Source: a virus | Taxonomy: Duplodnaviria; Caudoviricetes | DNA length: 64,000 bases | IMG/VR virus record: IMGVR_UViG_3300011443_000015 | Span: 2,274-66,273 of that record | Reading direction: 5' to 3' (one strand) | Shown: positions 46,706 to 56,737 of the stretch, piece after piece | Numbering within the stretch: the stretch's first letter is position 1 | Layout of the letters: the number at the start of each line of letters is the position of its first letter | Program-made: the position numbers and the translations under genes | The notes under the pieces: generated by a model | What the model saw: the letters and a program-made list of their open reading frames with translations, nothing else | Database searches by the model: none | Told to the model about the DNA's origin: nothing

Positions 46706-48306
46706 TGGGAATCATCAAGATGGCGTCGTCGAGCTACCAGATGAGCGACCAGAGCGTCTGCGGCGCGGTCGAGACCTCGGGCCTGCCGATCCTGCCCGTC
46801 GGTCGGAAGAAGATCCACTGCGTGCTGCCGTCCTCGCCGTGGCTCGCCGACTCGAAGACCAACATCCCGCTAGGAGTGCTCTATGTCGCAGGACTGCTCC
46901 GAGAACAAGGTCATGACGTGGTCGTTACCTCCATGCTCGACAAGCGCTACGAGGGGAATATCCATCTCCCCGACGACGTCATGGACGCTGACGTGCACAT
47001 GTTCGGATTTTGTACTCCTCAGTTCGGCGAAGCCCTTGAGCTCGCCGCCTACATCAAGGACCGCAATCCGGAGGCGCTTCTCGTCGCTGGTGGCCCGCAT
47101 CCTTCATACGAGCCGAAAGAAACCAAGGCTGCCGGTCGGCAGGCACAGTATCACGTCAAAGGCGTTCTGCCCGAGCGTCGTGACTACGCTCCGCAGGACG
47201 GCACTGGCCCGCTCTTCGACACGGTGGTAGTCATGGAAGGGGAGCGCGTCACGCTGCAGCTCCTCTCCGACTGGAATCAAGGCAAGCTCCAGCCCTTCTA
47301 CTACGGCGACAAGGCCGATGCGATGGACCTCGACATGATCCCCTTCCCGGCGTGGGATCTGCTCCCCGACGATCACATCTACAACGACGGCGTCGCGGTG
47401 ATGAAGAAGCCCTACATCGAGAGCCGCGTGCGGGCCGGGAAGTTTCCCGTGATGTCGCTCATCGGCACGCGCGGGTGCCCCTACAAGTGCACGTATTGCT
47501 CGACGCCGTGGATCGGCCAGAAGCCGCGCTACCGCTCGCCGCAGAACGTCATCGCGGAGATGAAGGCGGTGATGGACAAGGGCGTCCACATGTTCAAGTT
47601 CCAGGACGACACCTACACCCTGCACAAGACGAAGCTCCGGGAGCTCGCCACGGCGGTGCATGCAGAGTTCGGCTATGGCACGTTCGCGTCACGCATTCAC
47701 ACGCGCGTGAACACGATGGACGATCACGTGGCTGAGAGCTTGAAGCTGATGAACTGCAAGGTCACCTGCTTCGGGATCGAAAGCGGATCACAGAAGGTAC
47801 TTGATGCGAATCAAAAGGGTACGAAAGTTCAGCAGAATACGGATGCTGTCCGACGTGCTAAAGAGCATGGGTTCTATACCATCGCGTTTCTTGTCATCGG
47901 TATGGCTGGTGAAACGCTGGAAACGATGCGCGAGACGCAAGAGTGGCTCCTCAGCGTTAAGCCCTATCTGGATAGCTGCAACCTGGCCGTCGGCATCCCG
48001 TATCCCGGCAGTCGGTGGTGGACGCACCCGCACGAGAGCGGGATCGACATCGTGGACTACAACTATGACAACCAGTGGATCGTCGGCTTCTCGGATCGGG
48101 ACGAGATCCTTGTTCGCCCGCATGGCGCGACGGTCGAGGAAATGTTCCAGATCAAGAACGAGATGTTTCATTTCCTTGTTGAGCACGGGTGGGCGAAAGC
48201 CGAATGGCAAGAGGATGTCCGCATCCGCCGCGCACAGGAAGCTGCCGCGCAGTCAGGTGTCCTTCCCTCCGCCGCCGCGAGCACGCTGACCTACGCCGGG
48301 CACTGA
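46705..48306 (+). CDS. B12-binding radical SAM enzyme (class B methyltransferase-like)
   Basis: PLGVLYVAGLL..GH.V, GGPH (B12 domain); RGCPYKCTYC (CxxxCxxC); FGIESGS; PYPGS. Confidence 0.92.
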   Translation: MGIIKMASSSYQMSDQSVCGAVETSGLPILPVGRKKIHCVLPSSPWLADSKTNIPLGVLYVAGLLREQGHDVVVTSMLDKRYEGNIHLPDDVMDADVHMFGFCTPQFGEALELAAYIKDRNPEALLVAGGPHPSYEPKETKAAGRQAQYHVKGVLPERRDYAPQDGTGPLFDTVVVMEGERVTLQLLSDWNQGKLQPFYYGDKADAMDLDMIPFPAWDLLPDDHIYNDGVAVMKKPYIESRVRAGKFPVMSLIGTRGCPYKCTYCSTPWIGQKPRYRSPQNVIAEMKAVMDKGVHMFKFQDDTYTLHKTKLRELATAVHAEFGYGTFASRIHTRVNTMDDHVAESLKLMNCKVTCFGIESGSQKVLDANQKGTKVQQNTDAVRRAKEHGFYTIAFLVIGMAGETLETMRETQEWLLSVKPYLDSCNLAVGIPYPGSRWWTHPHESGIDIVDYNYDNQWIVGFSDRDEILVRPHGATVEEMFQIKNEMFHFLVEHGWAKAEWQEDVRIRRAQEAAAQSGVLPSAAASTLTYAGH

Positions 48307-48307
48307 G

Positions 48308-49000
48308 ATGTATACCAAGGTCTCCGTTCTCGTCCCGACGCGTCACCGGATCGATCGTCTGCAGACGCTCCTCGCGTCGTTTGAGCGGACGGTTGACGGG
48401 AGCGAGGCGGAGCTTGTCTTCCGCGTCGACGAGGACGACGCTGAGACGAGGGCGTTTATCAACGGCTTGTCCCACCCATGCGTGATGGTCGTCGCGCCGC
48501 GCGGGCGCGGCTACGCGGACATGCCGTTGTTCTTCAATCAGTCCGCAGAACGCGCCACGGGCGACGTCTTGATGTGCGGCAACGACGACATGATCTTCCA
48601 GACCGTCGGGTGGGCGAGGTCTATACTCGACGTGGCGAACGTGTATCCTGACGGGCTCTTTGACCTCGGGGTCTCGACGCTCAACACCGACAATTTCCCC
48701 TTTTCCATTGTCTCGAAGAAGGCCGCCGAGCGGATGGGGTTTCTCTGGGACCCGCGCGTGTTCTGGGGGGACATCTTCTTGCGCGATGTCATGTCCCACT
48801 TCGGCCGGTGCTTCCTGCTGCCCAACGTTCAAGTCGATCACGATTGGGCAGGGTTCAGACCTGACAAGGTCTACCTGGAACAGCTCGCGCCGGGCGAGGC
48901 GACCAAAGACATCCTGCGGCGCAACCCGAACTATTGGACGGAGGTCCATCGTGTGGCGGTGAATGAGGCGGTTGACAGACTGAGAGGGCTACTCGCATGA
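48308..49000 (+). CDS. GT-A (GT2-like) glycosyltransferase
   Basis: VLVPTR, VDEDD, GNDD (DxD), FPFSIVS, WGD, DHDW. Confidence 0.8.
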   Translation: MYTKVSVLVPTRHRIDRLQTLLASFERTVDGSEAELVFRVDEDDAETRAFINGLSHPCVMVVAPRGRGYADMPLFFNQSAERATGDVLMCGNDDMIFQTVGWARSILDVANVYPDGLFDLGVSTLNTDNFPFSIVSKKAAERMGFLWDPRVFWGDIFLRDVMSHFGRCFLLPNVQVDHDWAGFRPDKVYLEQLAPGEATKDILRRNPNYWTEVHRVAVNEAVDRLRGLLA

Positions 49001-49650
49001 CGGCTGACGTGGGACGAAAGCCAATCAACATCTGCGTGCCCGTGCTGAAACGATACGACTTGCTCCGAGAGTTGGTGAAGTCCTGTCGGAGCAGCAACAC
49101 GCGGCCGGACCACTATTACATCATCGACAACGGGCAGAACCGCCCGGCGTTGATGAAGGCGCTCGGCGACTTCGACATCACCATCAAGGTGCATACGCCG
49201 ACGAAACCGCTCGGCGTCGCGGAATCGTGGAACTGGTTCTTGGCGAAGGTGCCGGAGGAGCGGGTCATCGTGAACGATGACATCACGTTCGGCCCCGACT
49301 CGCTCGATCTGCTCCTGGCGTCGAGCGCCGACCTCGTGTGGGCGGCCGGCTGTGGGTTCTCGTGCTTCGTGCTTCGGGATAGTTGCGTGGAGAAGCTCGG
49401 CACCTTCGACGAGACGATCTCGCCTGGCTACGGCTACTACGAGGACGAGGACTACCTCCAGCGCCTCGACGGGCGCGGCACGCGGGCGCCCTCGGCGACG
49501 TCGGAGAGCGTCAGCGCGGGCGTGAAGCACTACAAGAGCGCCACGCTGGAGGCGAGTCGGCATACGGAGCTGCTCGAGCATCATCGGAAGTTCAAGATCG
49601 CGCAGGCGAACTACGCCAAAAAGTGGGGACTGGAAGAGGCGTTCAAATGA
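48997..49650 (+). CDS. GT-A (GT2-like) glycosyltransferase
   Basis: IIDNG, GVAESWN, VNDD, GTFDE, YYEDEDY. Confidence 0.85.
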   Translation: MTADVGRKPINICVPVLKRYDLLRELVKSCRSSNTRPDHYYIIDNGQNRPALMKALGDFDITIKVHTPTKPLGVAESWNWFLAKVPEERVIVNDDITFGPDSLDLLLASSADLVWAAGCGFSCFVLRDSCVEKLGTFDETISPGYGYYEDEDYLQRLDGRGTRAPSATSESVSAGVKHYKSATLEASRHTELLEHHRKFKIAQANYAKKWGLEEAFK

Positions 49651-49883
49651 TTTCCAAAGCCGAACGCGCGCACATCGTAGAACTGAAGAAGTGGTCCATC
49701 GAGGCACGTGCCGCGATGGAGAAGCTACAAGCAAATCCACTGCTGGCACCGCTCCTGAAGCGTATTGCTTCAGATGAAGATGCTGCACTCCTCTTCAAAA
49801 ATGTCGATTGGTTGGTCGCACTGATCGAGCGTGAAGAACATCGGTATGGCGTCAGGGCTCTGACGAAGGCATCGCAACGATGA
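49647..49883 (+). CDS. Hypothetical helical protein
   Basis: 78 aa, ATGA overlaps at both ends, lower GC. Confidence 0.5.
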   Translation: MISKAERAHIVELKKWSIEARAAMEKLQANPLLAPLLKRIASDEDAALLFKNVDWLVALIEREEHRYGVRALTKASQR

Positions 49884-50413
49884 GCTGCATCACGTTCATC
49901 GTCCCCACGGTCGGGCGCCCGTCGTTGATCAAGACGCTGCAGTCGATCGAGACCTATCCGGGTGACGAGATTCTGTTGGTGAGCAACTCGTTTCGCGTCG
50001 CTGACCCACGCATCACCTACATCGACTGTCCACCTGGAAATGATTGGGGACACACGGAGCGGACGTTTGCGACGCCGCAGGCACGGTGTTCGTACATCGC
50101 GCACATCGACGACGACGACGTGTATACGCCGGGGGCGCGGGCGTTGATGCAGGACGTGATCGAGAAGTCGCCGGGTCGGCCGGCGATGTTTCGGATGCGG
50201 TTTCCGAACGGGATCACGCTCTGGGCGGACAAGGAGATCACGTGCGGCAATGTCGGCACGCCGATGTTCCTCCTGCCGAACGAGCAGTGGCGGTTTCGTC
50301 CGTGGGAGCCGTTCGTGGGCGGCGACTGCAAGTTTCTCGAACTGACCGGGTGGACGGCGGATGACTTTGCATGGCGTCCCGAGATCACGGTGCTCTTGGG
50401 GCATAACACTTAG
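49880..50413 (+). CDS. GT-A (GT2-like) glycosyltransferase, short
   Basis: FIVPTVGR, HIDDDD, GGD. Confidence 0.8.
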   Translation: MSCITFIVPTVGRPSLIKTLQSIETYPGDEILLVSNSFRVADPRITYIDCPPGNDWGHTERTFATPQARCSYIAHIDDDDVYTPGARALMQDVIEKSPGRPAMFRMRFPNGITLWADKEITCGNVGTPMFLLPNEQWRFRPWEPFVGGDCKFLELTGWTADDFAWRPEITVLLGHNT

Positions 50414-50426
50414 CGTGGGGCTAACG

Positions 50427-50717
50427 ATGAATACTAACAACATACGATTGACGCACTATCCGGACAGGGGATTTGTCGGCGCCGTAAAGACCGAGATCAA
50501 CGGCATCGAATTACAAGAAGTTCGCGAGATCAAGCTGCTGTGCCCTATTGATGGTCTCGCGACGCTTGAAGTAGAGCAATTCGTGGGACCGGACATCGAT
50601 GTAACGCTGGAAGGCCTCGTCTATCCAAAGATCGTGTTCGTCGATGACTCCTTCGAGCTTCATGTCGAACATGCGTCGCCGACTGGGCCGACGCGCTACT
50701 GGGTAACACGCCGATGA
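50427..50717 (+). CDS. Hypothetical protein
   Basis: 96 aa, lower GC. Confidence 0.45.
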   Translation: MNTNNIRLTHYPDRGFVGAVKTEINGIELQEVREIKLLCPIDGLATLEVEQFVGPDIDVTLEGLVYPKIVFVDDSFELHVEHASPTGPTRYWVTRR

Positions 50718-51955
50718 AGAAACTCTTGTTCGTCGGCGATAGTCCGGAGTGTCCGAGCGGCTTCGGCCGCGCGACGCGGGAGATCCTCGATCGGGTGCGC
50801 GATCGGTATGACGTCACGGTGCTCGGCATCAATCATCGAGGCGATCCGGGCACGGTGCCGTATCCGGTCTACGTCGCGGCGGCCGGCGGGGATGCGTTCG
50901 GGATCGGGCGTCTGCTCTGGATGTGCGACGTCGTGAAGCCCGACGTGGTGGTCATTCAGCAGGACGGCTGGTATTTCCCCTACTACGTGAACGCGCTCCG
51001 GAAGCGGAAGCCGAACTACGAGTACGAGTCGCCCGTGGCCGCAAGCCTCCCGATCGTCGCGGCGGTGGCGGTCGACGGCAAGAACTTTTCCGGCGAGTGG
51101 ATCGAGAACGTGACGCTCGCCATCTTCTGGACGAAGTTCGCCGAGTCCGAGGCGCGGCAGGGCGGCTACATCGGCCCGTCGAAGGTCATCCCGCTCGGGG
51201 TCGATACGGACATGTTCTATCCGGTCCCGCGCGAGGGCGCGCTCGAGCGCCAGCGGATGGGGACGCTCAAGAACGCGTTCATCGTCGGCAACGTCAACCG
51301 CAACCAACCCCGGAAGCGGTGGGACCTGACGATCAAATACTTCGCCGAGTGGGTGCATTCGTTCAAGGTCAAGGACGCGCGACTGTTTCTCCACTCGGCA
51401 CCGACCGGCGACTGCAGCGTCAACATCGAGAGCCTCTGCCGCTACTACGGCGTGCTCAACCAGGTCGTGATCTACACGCCGGAGCCGTTCTACGGCAAGG
51501 CCGATGAGGACATGCGGGACGTCTACAACTGCTTCGACGTGCTGATGTCGACGACGCAGGGCGAGGGGATGGGCCTGACGGCGATGGAGGCGATGGCCTG
51601 CGGCGTGCCGTGTATCCTGCCGGACTGGTCCGCGTTCGGCGACTGGGCGAAGGGCGCGGCCGCGCTGATCCCGTGCACCTCGACCGCGCTGCAGTCCTTC
51701 TCACCCTCGGTGAACGTGATCGGCGGCGTGGCGGACGAGAAGCAGTTCGTCGCCGCGCTCGACCTGATGTATCGCGAGAAGGACCACCGGCTGAACGTCG
51801 GACAGTATGGGCGGGGACGCGTCTGCGAGTCGCGGTTCCAGTGGAAGACGATCGGGGATCAGTGGATCGAGGCGCTCGACTCGCTCTTCGTCGAGAAGCC
51901 CGTCGTGTCGACGGAGATCTGGCAAGACCTGAAGGCGACGGAGGTGCAGGTCTAA
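50714..51955 (+). CDS. GT-B (GT4) glycosyltransferase
   Basis: SGFGR, IPLGVD..FYP, NRNQPRK, EGMGLTAMEAMACG (EX7E). Confidence 0.9.
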   Translation: MKKLLFVGDSPECPSGFGRATREILDRVRDRYDVTVLGINHRGDPGTVPYPVYVAAAGGDAFGIGRLLWMCDVVKPDVVVIQQDGWYFPYYVNALRKRKPNYEYESPVAASLPIVAAVAVDGKNFSGEWIENVTLAIFWTKFAESEARQGGYIGPSKVIPLGVDTDMFYPVPREGALERQRMGTLKNAFIVGNVNRNQPRKRWDLTIKYFAEWVHSFKVKDARLFLHSAPTGDCSVNIESLCRYYGVLNQVVIYTPEPFYGKADEDMRDVYNCFDVLMSTTQGEGMGLTAMEAMACGVPCILPDWSAFGDWAKGAAALIPCTSTALQSFSPSVNVIGGVADEKQFVAALDLMYREKDHRLNVGQYGRGRVCESRFQWKTIGDQWIEALDSLFVEKPVVSTEIWQDLKATEVQV

Positions 51956-52344
51956 TGGAAGGCGCACCGCAGATGGTTGCAAATATCAAGCTCGTGGCGC
52001 GGGAATTTCCTAAGCGCACGGCATCCGCCCTCTATCTGGAAGCCCAGATCGAAGTGACGGAGATGAAAAAGCGGACGCCGGTCGATACGACGCCGAATGC
52101 GCCGCATCCTGGCAACCTGCGGAACTCGCTCCACGCCGAACATCCAGAGATCAGCGACAGGATGATCTCCGTGACGATCGCGAGCGGCATGCAGGCCATG
52201 TATGCGATCTTCGTCCACGAGAACCCGGACGCGTATCACCCGATTGGGGAGTGGAAGTTCATGGAGTCGGTGTTAAACGAAAGCCGCTCGACGATGGCGG
52301 CGCGACTCGCGAGTCGACTTGACTTGAACAAGGTGACGCTCTAA
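51955..52344 (+). CDS. HK97 gp10-like neck protein
   Basis: KRTPVD...GNLRNS...YAIFVHE...KFMES. Confidence 0.8.
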   Translation: MEGAPQMVANIKLVAREFPKRTASALYLEAQIEVTEMKKRTPVDTTPNAPHPGNLRNSLHAEHPEISDRMISVTIASGMQAMYAIFVHENPDAYHPIGEWKFMESVLNESRSTMAARLASRLDLNKVTL

Positions 52345-55300
52345 TGCCGACGTTTGGCAGGACCTCGATCGGTTCGTCGTTCAATAACTTCCCCCATAAC
52401 GACGACAACAGCGCGTGCATGTTCGCGCTGTCCGAGGCGGGGCTCGTCCGGAAGCTCACGGTCTACTACAAAGGCACGAGCACGTCGCCACTCCATGAAG
52501 CTGGCCTCGTGCGGGCGTCGATCTATAACGAAGCCTCGAACCTGCCGACGTCCCTGATCGCGACGACGACCGAGGTCACGGTGACGACGGCCGACGGCTG
52601 GGTCGACTTCCCCTTCGCGACGCCGGTCTCGCTGGCGGCGGGGAACTATTTTCTGAACGTCTGCTCCGCGCTCCGCAAGGTCGGAGCGATGTCGACGGCG
52701 GGCACGAATCGGCTCTGCATGGGCACCTACGCGAACGCGCAGTTGACGACGTGGGGCTCGGAGGGCAACGACGCCTCGTCCACGAACCAGAAGTCGATCT
52801 ACGCGACGTATGACCTACCGGGCGTCGGGAGCGCGACGGGCACGGGCACGGCGTCGGGCGTCGGGTCGACGGCGGGCATGCAGACGGCGGTGGGGTTGGC
52901 AGAGGGCGAAGCCGAGGCCCTCGGCGTGTCGGCGCTCACCACCGTGTTCGGCAAGACGGACATCGGTGCCGCGTTCAATAACTTCCCGGCGCCGGATGAC
53001 AAGTCGGTCTGTCTCTTCAATCTCCCGATCAACGGCAACGTCCAGAAGCTCACGATCTACTTCAAGGGCACGAACGCCAGCCATCAGGGTGGGCTCGCGC
53101 AGGGGCTCATCTACAGCGTGACGGGCGGCGAGCCCGACGTGCTGATCGCGTCGAGTGACGTGACGACCGTCCCGGACGGCGTGGATGGGTGGCTCGACTT
53201 CCCGTTCGCGAGCGAGGTGCCACTCACCGCTGGCGACTACTACATCGGCATCATCGCGCATAACCGCCTCTATGGCGCGATGGACGTCGCCGGGACGAAT
53301 CGGCGCAATGACAATCCCTACGACGGGAGCACGCTGTTCGCGAGCAACCCGTTCGGCACCGCCGCGTCCACGTCGAATCAGAAATCGGTCTACGCCACCT
53401 ACAGTACGGGCGAGACGACGACGGAGGGCGCCGGCGTCGCAGCGGGCACCGGCGCGGCTGAGGCGCGGACGCCGTCGCTGGCGGTCGCCGCCGCGACCGG
53501 CGTGGGCGAAGCGCTCGGCATCGCCTACGTGCAGAGCGGCGTGAACCTCTCGCGGGTCGGGTCGGCGTCGGCGTCCGGGTCGACACTCACGATCCCGGCG
53601 CACATCGCTGGGGACCTGATTGTCGCCTACGCCTACCGCGACGGGAGCACCGTCCCGACGAGGCCGTCCGGATGGACCCTCATCCGCGAGGGGACCGGCT
53701 CGAGCACGGCGGCGGTGTTGGCGTATCAGGTCGCGACGGGCGCCGGCACCGCCTTCGGCACCTGGACAAGCGCGAACGTCGTCGCGTGCCTCGTCTATCG
53801 GGGCAGCGATGCGTCGGCCGCGAGCCCCATCGGCGTGTTCGACATGGACGCGGGCACGACGGCGACCATGACCTATGCGACCCTGCCGCTCTCGCGCGTC
53901 GATGGGTCGTCCTGGGTGGCCGGGTTTGCGGGCATCAGCCTCGGCACCTCCGACGTGCAGACGGCGCCGACGGGGATGGTCAATCAGACCTCCGCCGCGA
54001 ACGGCAGCATCGCGAAGATCGCGGCGCACGACACGAACGCGGCCGTGAACGTCTGGGGCCTCCAGACCGTGACGCTGAATGGCGCGGCTCCGTGGCGCTC
54101 GATCACGGTGGAAATTCTCGGGACGTTGGGTGGCACGCCGCCTGTGGAGCTCGGGGTGCAGATCGCCCGCCCGGTCAGCGACATCGCGACCGACAACTGG
54201 GTGCCGTCGTTCGGCACGCAGCTCGCGCCGCTCATCGACGAGGTCGCGCCCGTCGATAGCGATTTCATTCAGACCGTCGCCGCGCCGACGACCGACACGG
54301 CGATCGTGCTCCTGTCGCCCCTGACGACGCCGCAGATCACGTCGCCCTACACGATCCGCGTGCGCGCCCGGACGGTGACCGCTGGGACGACGGTGCACGT
54401 GGCGTCCGGCGGCAACATTCAAGCGGCGATCAATGCGGCGGCGGACGGGAGCATTATCACGCTCGCGCCGGACACGATCTACGACCTCGGCGCCTCGCCG
54501 CTGCTCCTCACGAAGCCCATCACGCTGATGACGCAGGGCTGGTCTTTTAACGGCCGCGTCGGGCTCGCGCAGAAGTCCTCGATGGCGCAGATCCAGATGC
54601 TCGGCGGCAATCAGGTGATCATTGTGCGCGGGGGAACCGCGACCGACGTCACGTTGAAGGGGTTGCATATCGCCGGTCCTGGGAACGTGATCGTGAACTT
54701 GGGTGAGAACGATTCGACCCAAACCTCGTATGACCAGATGCCGACGCGCTGCACGGTCGATCAGTGCATCGTGTCCGGCGTGGTGACCGGTGGCAACAAT
54801 ACCGGGTATCACGGTGTGATGCTGCACTGCGCCTACGGGAACGTCTACCGTAGCTACATCTACAACATCTATCGTCCGGGGACGGACTCCACCGGGGTCG
54901 GTGGATGCAACGGCACCGGGCCGTACAACATCGTGGACAACTTCATCTCGGCGGCCTCTGAAAACATCCTGTTTGGCGGCGTGACCCCGCAGATTCCCTA
55001 CAACATCCCTGCTGACATGCTCATCGAGGGGAACACGCTGGAAAAAGACGCGGCGTGGCAGGCCAACACCTCGGTCGCCATCAAGAACATGGTCGAGTTC
55101 AAGACGGGCAGACGAGCGATGGTCCGGAACAACATCATCGGGTATCAGTGGTTCTCCGCTCAAGGGTATTCGCTCGTCGTGACGCCCTCGCAATACAGCG
55201 GTCCTCCCTGGCAGATCTGCGAAGACATCACGTTCGAGCGGAACACGATCGGACCGACGTGCGGTGGCCTGAATCTCCTTGGGCACGGACAAAATCAAGA

Positions 55301-55817
55301 TGTGCCAGGGAGAGCGACGCTCGTCCCTGAGCGGATCACGGTTCGAGATAACTGGTTCATCGTAGACAAGGACGCCTACTTGCCTGGGCAGAGTCAGGGG
55401 CAGGGCTGGTTCTTCATGATTGGGAGCGGGATGAAAGACCTCGTCATCGAATACAACACCGTCGAGATGCGCGGCGGTGGCAATCAATGGGTGACGGGCA
55501 ACCCAAATAGCGAGGGCGGCTTTCCCACCGGACACGTCCTGCGCGGCAACCTGATTCATAGCTACGGCACCTACGGGACGTTCCTCTCGGTGGTCGTGAG
55601 CGGTGTGCGCGCGAATCGGACGCGTGGTGAATATTTCTTCGATTACTTCCCGGGCGCGATCTGCGAAAGCAACGCGCTCATCGGTCCGCAGGCGAGCGCG
55701 ATGGGACCCAGGTTGCCAGGCAACCTGCACGGGTCGACCACGGCGTATCCTGCCAGTCTCATCGTGAATGGCTACGGCACAGGCACCTTAGCCGGGTATG
55801 GTCGTCGTCCTGTATAG
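52344..55817 (+). CDS. Multidomain fibre/spike with C-terminal right-handed beta-helix (lyase-like)
   Basis: Two tandem FGxTxIG domains, Ala/Gly linkers, third beta-domain, then IQAAINAA..G..I.L and parallel-beta-helix repeats. Confidence 0.75.
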   Translation: MPTFGRTSIGSSFNNFPHNDDNSACMFALSEAGLVRKLTVYYKGTSTSPLHEAGLVRASIYNEASNLPTSLIATTTEVTVTTADGWVDFPFATPVSLAAGNYFLNVCSALRKVGAMSTAGTNRLCMGTYANAQLTTWGSEGNDASSTNQKSIYATYDLPGVGSATGTGTASGVGSTAGMQTAVGLAEGEAEALGVSALTTVFGKTDIGAAFNNFPAPDDKSVCLFNLPINGNVQKLTIYFKGTNASHQGGLAQGLIYSVTGGEPDVLIASSDVTTVPDGVDGWLDFPFASEVPLTAGDYYIGIIAHNRLYGAMDVAGTNRRNDNPYDGSTLFASNPFGTAASTSNQKSVYATYSTGETTTEGAGVAAGTGAAEARTPSLAVAAATGVGEALGIAYVQSGVNLSRVGSASASGSTLTIPAHIAGDLIVAYAYRDGSTVPTRPSGWTLIREGTGSSTAAVLAYQVATGAGTAFGTWTSANVVACLVYRGSDASAASPIGVFDMDAGTTATMTYATLPLSRVDGSSWVAGFAGISLGTSDVQTAPTGMVNQTSAANGSIAKIAAHDTNAAVNVWGLQTVTLNGAAPWRSITVEILGTLGGTPPVELGVQIARPVSDIATDNWVPSFGTQLAPLIDEVAPVDSDFIQTVAAPTTDTAIVLLSPLTTPQITSPYTIRVRARTVTAGTTVHVASGGNIQAAINAAADGSIITLAPDTIYDLGASPLLLTKPITLMTQGWSFNGRVGLAQKSSMAQIQMLGGNQVIIVRGGTATDVTLKGLHIAGPGNVIVNLGENDSTQTSYDQMPTRCTVDQCIVSGVVTGGNNTGYHGVMLHCAYGNVYRSYIYNIYRPGTDSTGVGGCNGTGPYNIVDNFISAASENILFGGVTPQIPYNIPADMLIEGNTLEKDAAWQANTSVAIKNMVEFKTGRRAMVRNNIIGYQWFSAQGYSLVVTPSQYSGPPWQICEDITFERNTIGPTCGGLNLLGHGQNQDVPGRATLVPERITVRDNWFIVDKDAYLPGQSQGQGWFFMIGSGMKDLVIEYNTVEMRGGGNQWVTGNPNSEGGFPTGHVLRGNLIHSYGTYGTFLSVVVSGVRANRTRGEYFFDYFPGAICESNALIGPQASAMGPRLPGNLHGSTTAYPASLIVNGYGTGTLAGYGRRPV

Positions 55818-55828
55818 GAGAGTGTGGA

Positions 55829-56257
55829 ATGTCCAAAGGCAATACGTTCGAGAACGATCTCTGCTTGCTCATCTTCAATGCCACGGCGATCGCGAACATC
55901 GCCGACAACGCGGCGTCCTCGCCACTGACGTCGCTCTACGTGGCACTGCACTCGGCGGACCCCGGTGAGGCGGGTGTCCAGAACACGTCCGAGATCGCCT
56001 ACACCTCGTACGCGCGCGTGGCGGTGACGCGCAACGGCGCCGGATGGACGGTCTCGTCGGGCTCGGTGTCGCCAGCCGCGAACATCGACTTCCCGGCGGG
56101 CACGGGCGGCTCGGGCACGGCGACGCACTTCAGCGTGGGAGTGGCCTCGTCGGGCGCGACCAAACTGCTCTACTCGGGCACGGTGACGCCGAACATCGTG
56201 TGCGGCAACGGCGTGACGCCTCGTCTGACCACGGCGACGACGATCACCGAGGACTAA
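55829..56257 (+). CDS. Conserved phage structural protein
   Basis: LYVALHSADPGEAG..EIAY.SYARVAV..IDFP pattern. Confidence 0.65.
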   Translation: MSKGNTFENDLCLLIFNATAIANIADNAASSPLTSLYVALHSADPGEAGVQNTSEIAYTSYARVAVTRNGAGWTVSSGSVSPAANIDFPAGTGGSGTATHFSVGVASSGATKLLYSGTVTPNIVCGNGVTPRLTTATTITED

Positions 56258-56258
56258 G

Positions 56259-56369
56259 GTGATCTGGTTCCGCCTCTGGTGGACGGCGATACGTCATGGG
56301 CTCTGGCGGGAGCCGGGGAACGCAGCGTGGTCCTTCTGGATTACGCTGAAACTCGCGGTGTTCCTGTAA
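56259..56369 (+). CDS. Trp-rich 36 aa peptide
   Basis: MIWFRLWW...AVFL*; TAATG coupling to the next gene. Confidence 0.35.
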   Translation: MIWFRLWWTAIRHGLWREPGNAAWSFWITLKLAVFL

Positions 56370-56737
56370 TGGGCATCCACACGAAGCTCGACGCGCTGTA
56401 TGACCGAGTCCCGCGCATCGCGTGCAAGGGACTCTGCACGGCGGACTGCGGCGAGATCAGCATGTCGCGGGTCGAGGCGCGGCGGCTGCAGCAGAAGACC
56501 GGCACCTGGCCGATCTTCGACGTCGCGCGGCAGCGGTGCGGGTATCTGCAGGACGAGCGGTGCCGCGTCTACCGGTGGCGTCCGCTTATCTGCCGCGTCT
56601 ACGGGGTGCATGAGGAGATGCCGTGTCCGTTTGGGTGCGTGCCTGAGCGGGTGCTGTCGGAGTCGGAGTATGTCCGGTTGTATGAGATGCGCGAAGCGAT
56701 TGTCGGAACAGCACGGTATGACGCGAGGAGTCAGTGA
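56369..56737 (+). CDS. YkgJ/FliB-family Cys-cluster (Zn or Fe-S) protein
   Basis: CKGLCTADC...C.YL...C.VY..RPLICR.YG..CPFGC. Confidence 0.75.
   Translation: MGIHTKLDALYDRVPRIACKGLCTADCGEISMSRVEARRLQQKTGTWPIFDVARQRCGYLQDERCRVYRWRPLICRVYGVHEEMPCPFGCVPERVLSESEYVRLYEMREAIVGTARYDARSQ

Noticed and set aside
45228-51955. GTs as DNA glycosylation (5hmC-type) enzymes
   Set aside because: No TET/JBP or hydroxymethylase in the window, and the genes sit in the late structural operon; not fully excluded because the genome is incomplete
52815-55730. 971 aa antisense ORF (also 11002..12204 +, 20959..22281 -, 37523..38656 - and others)
   Set aside because: Shadow frames of GC-rich genes: Arg/Ala-rich, no motifs, opposite well-supported CDSs
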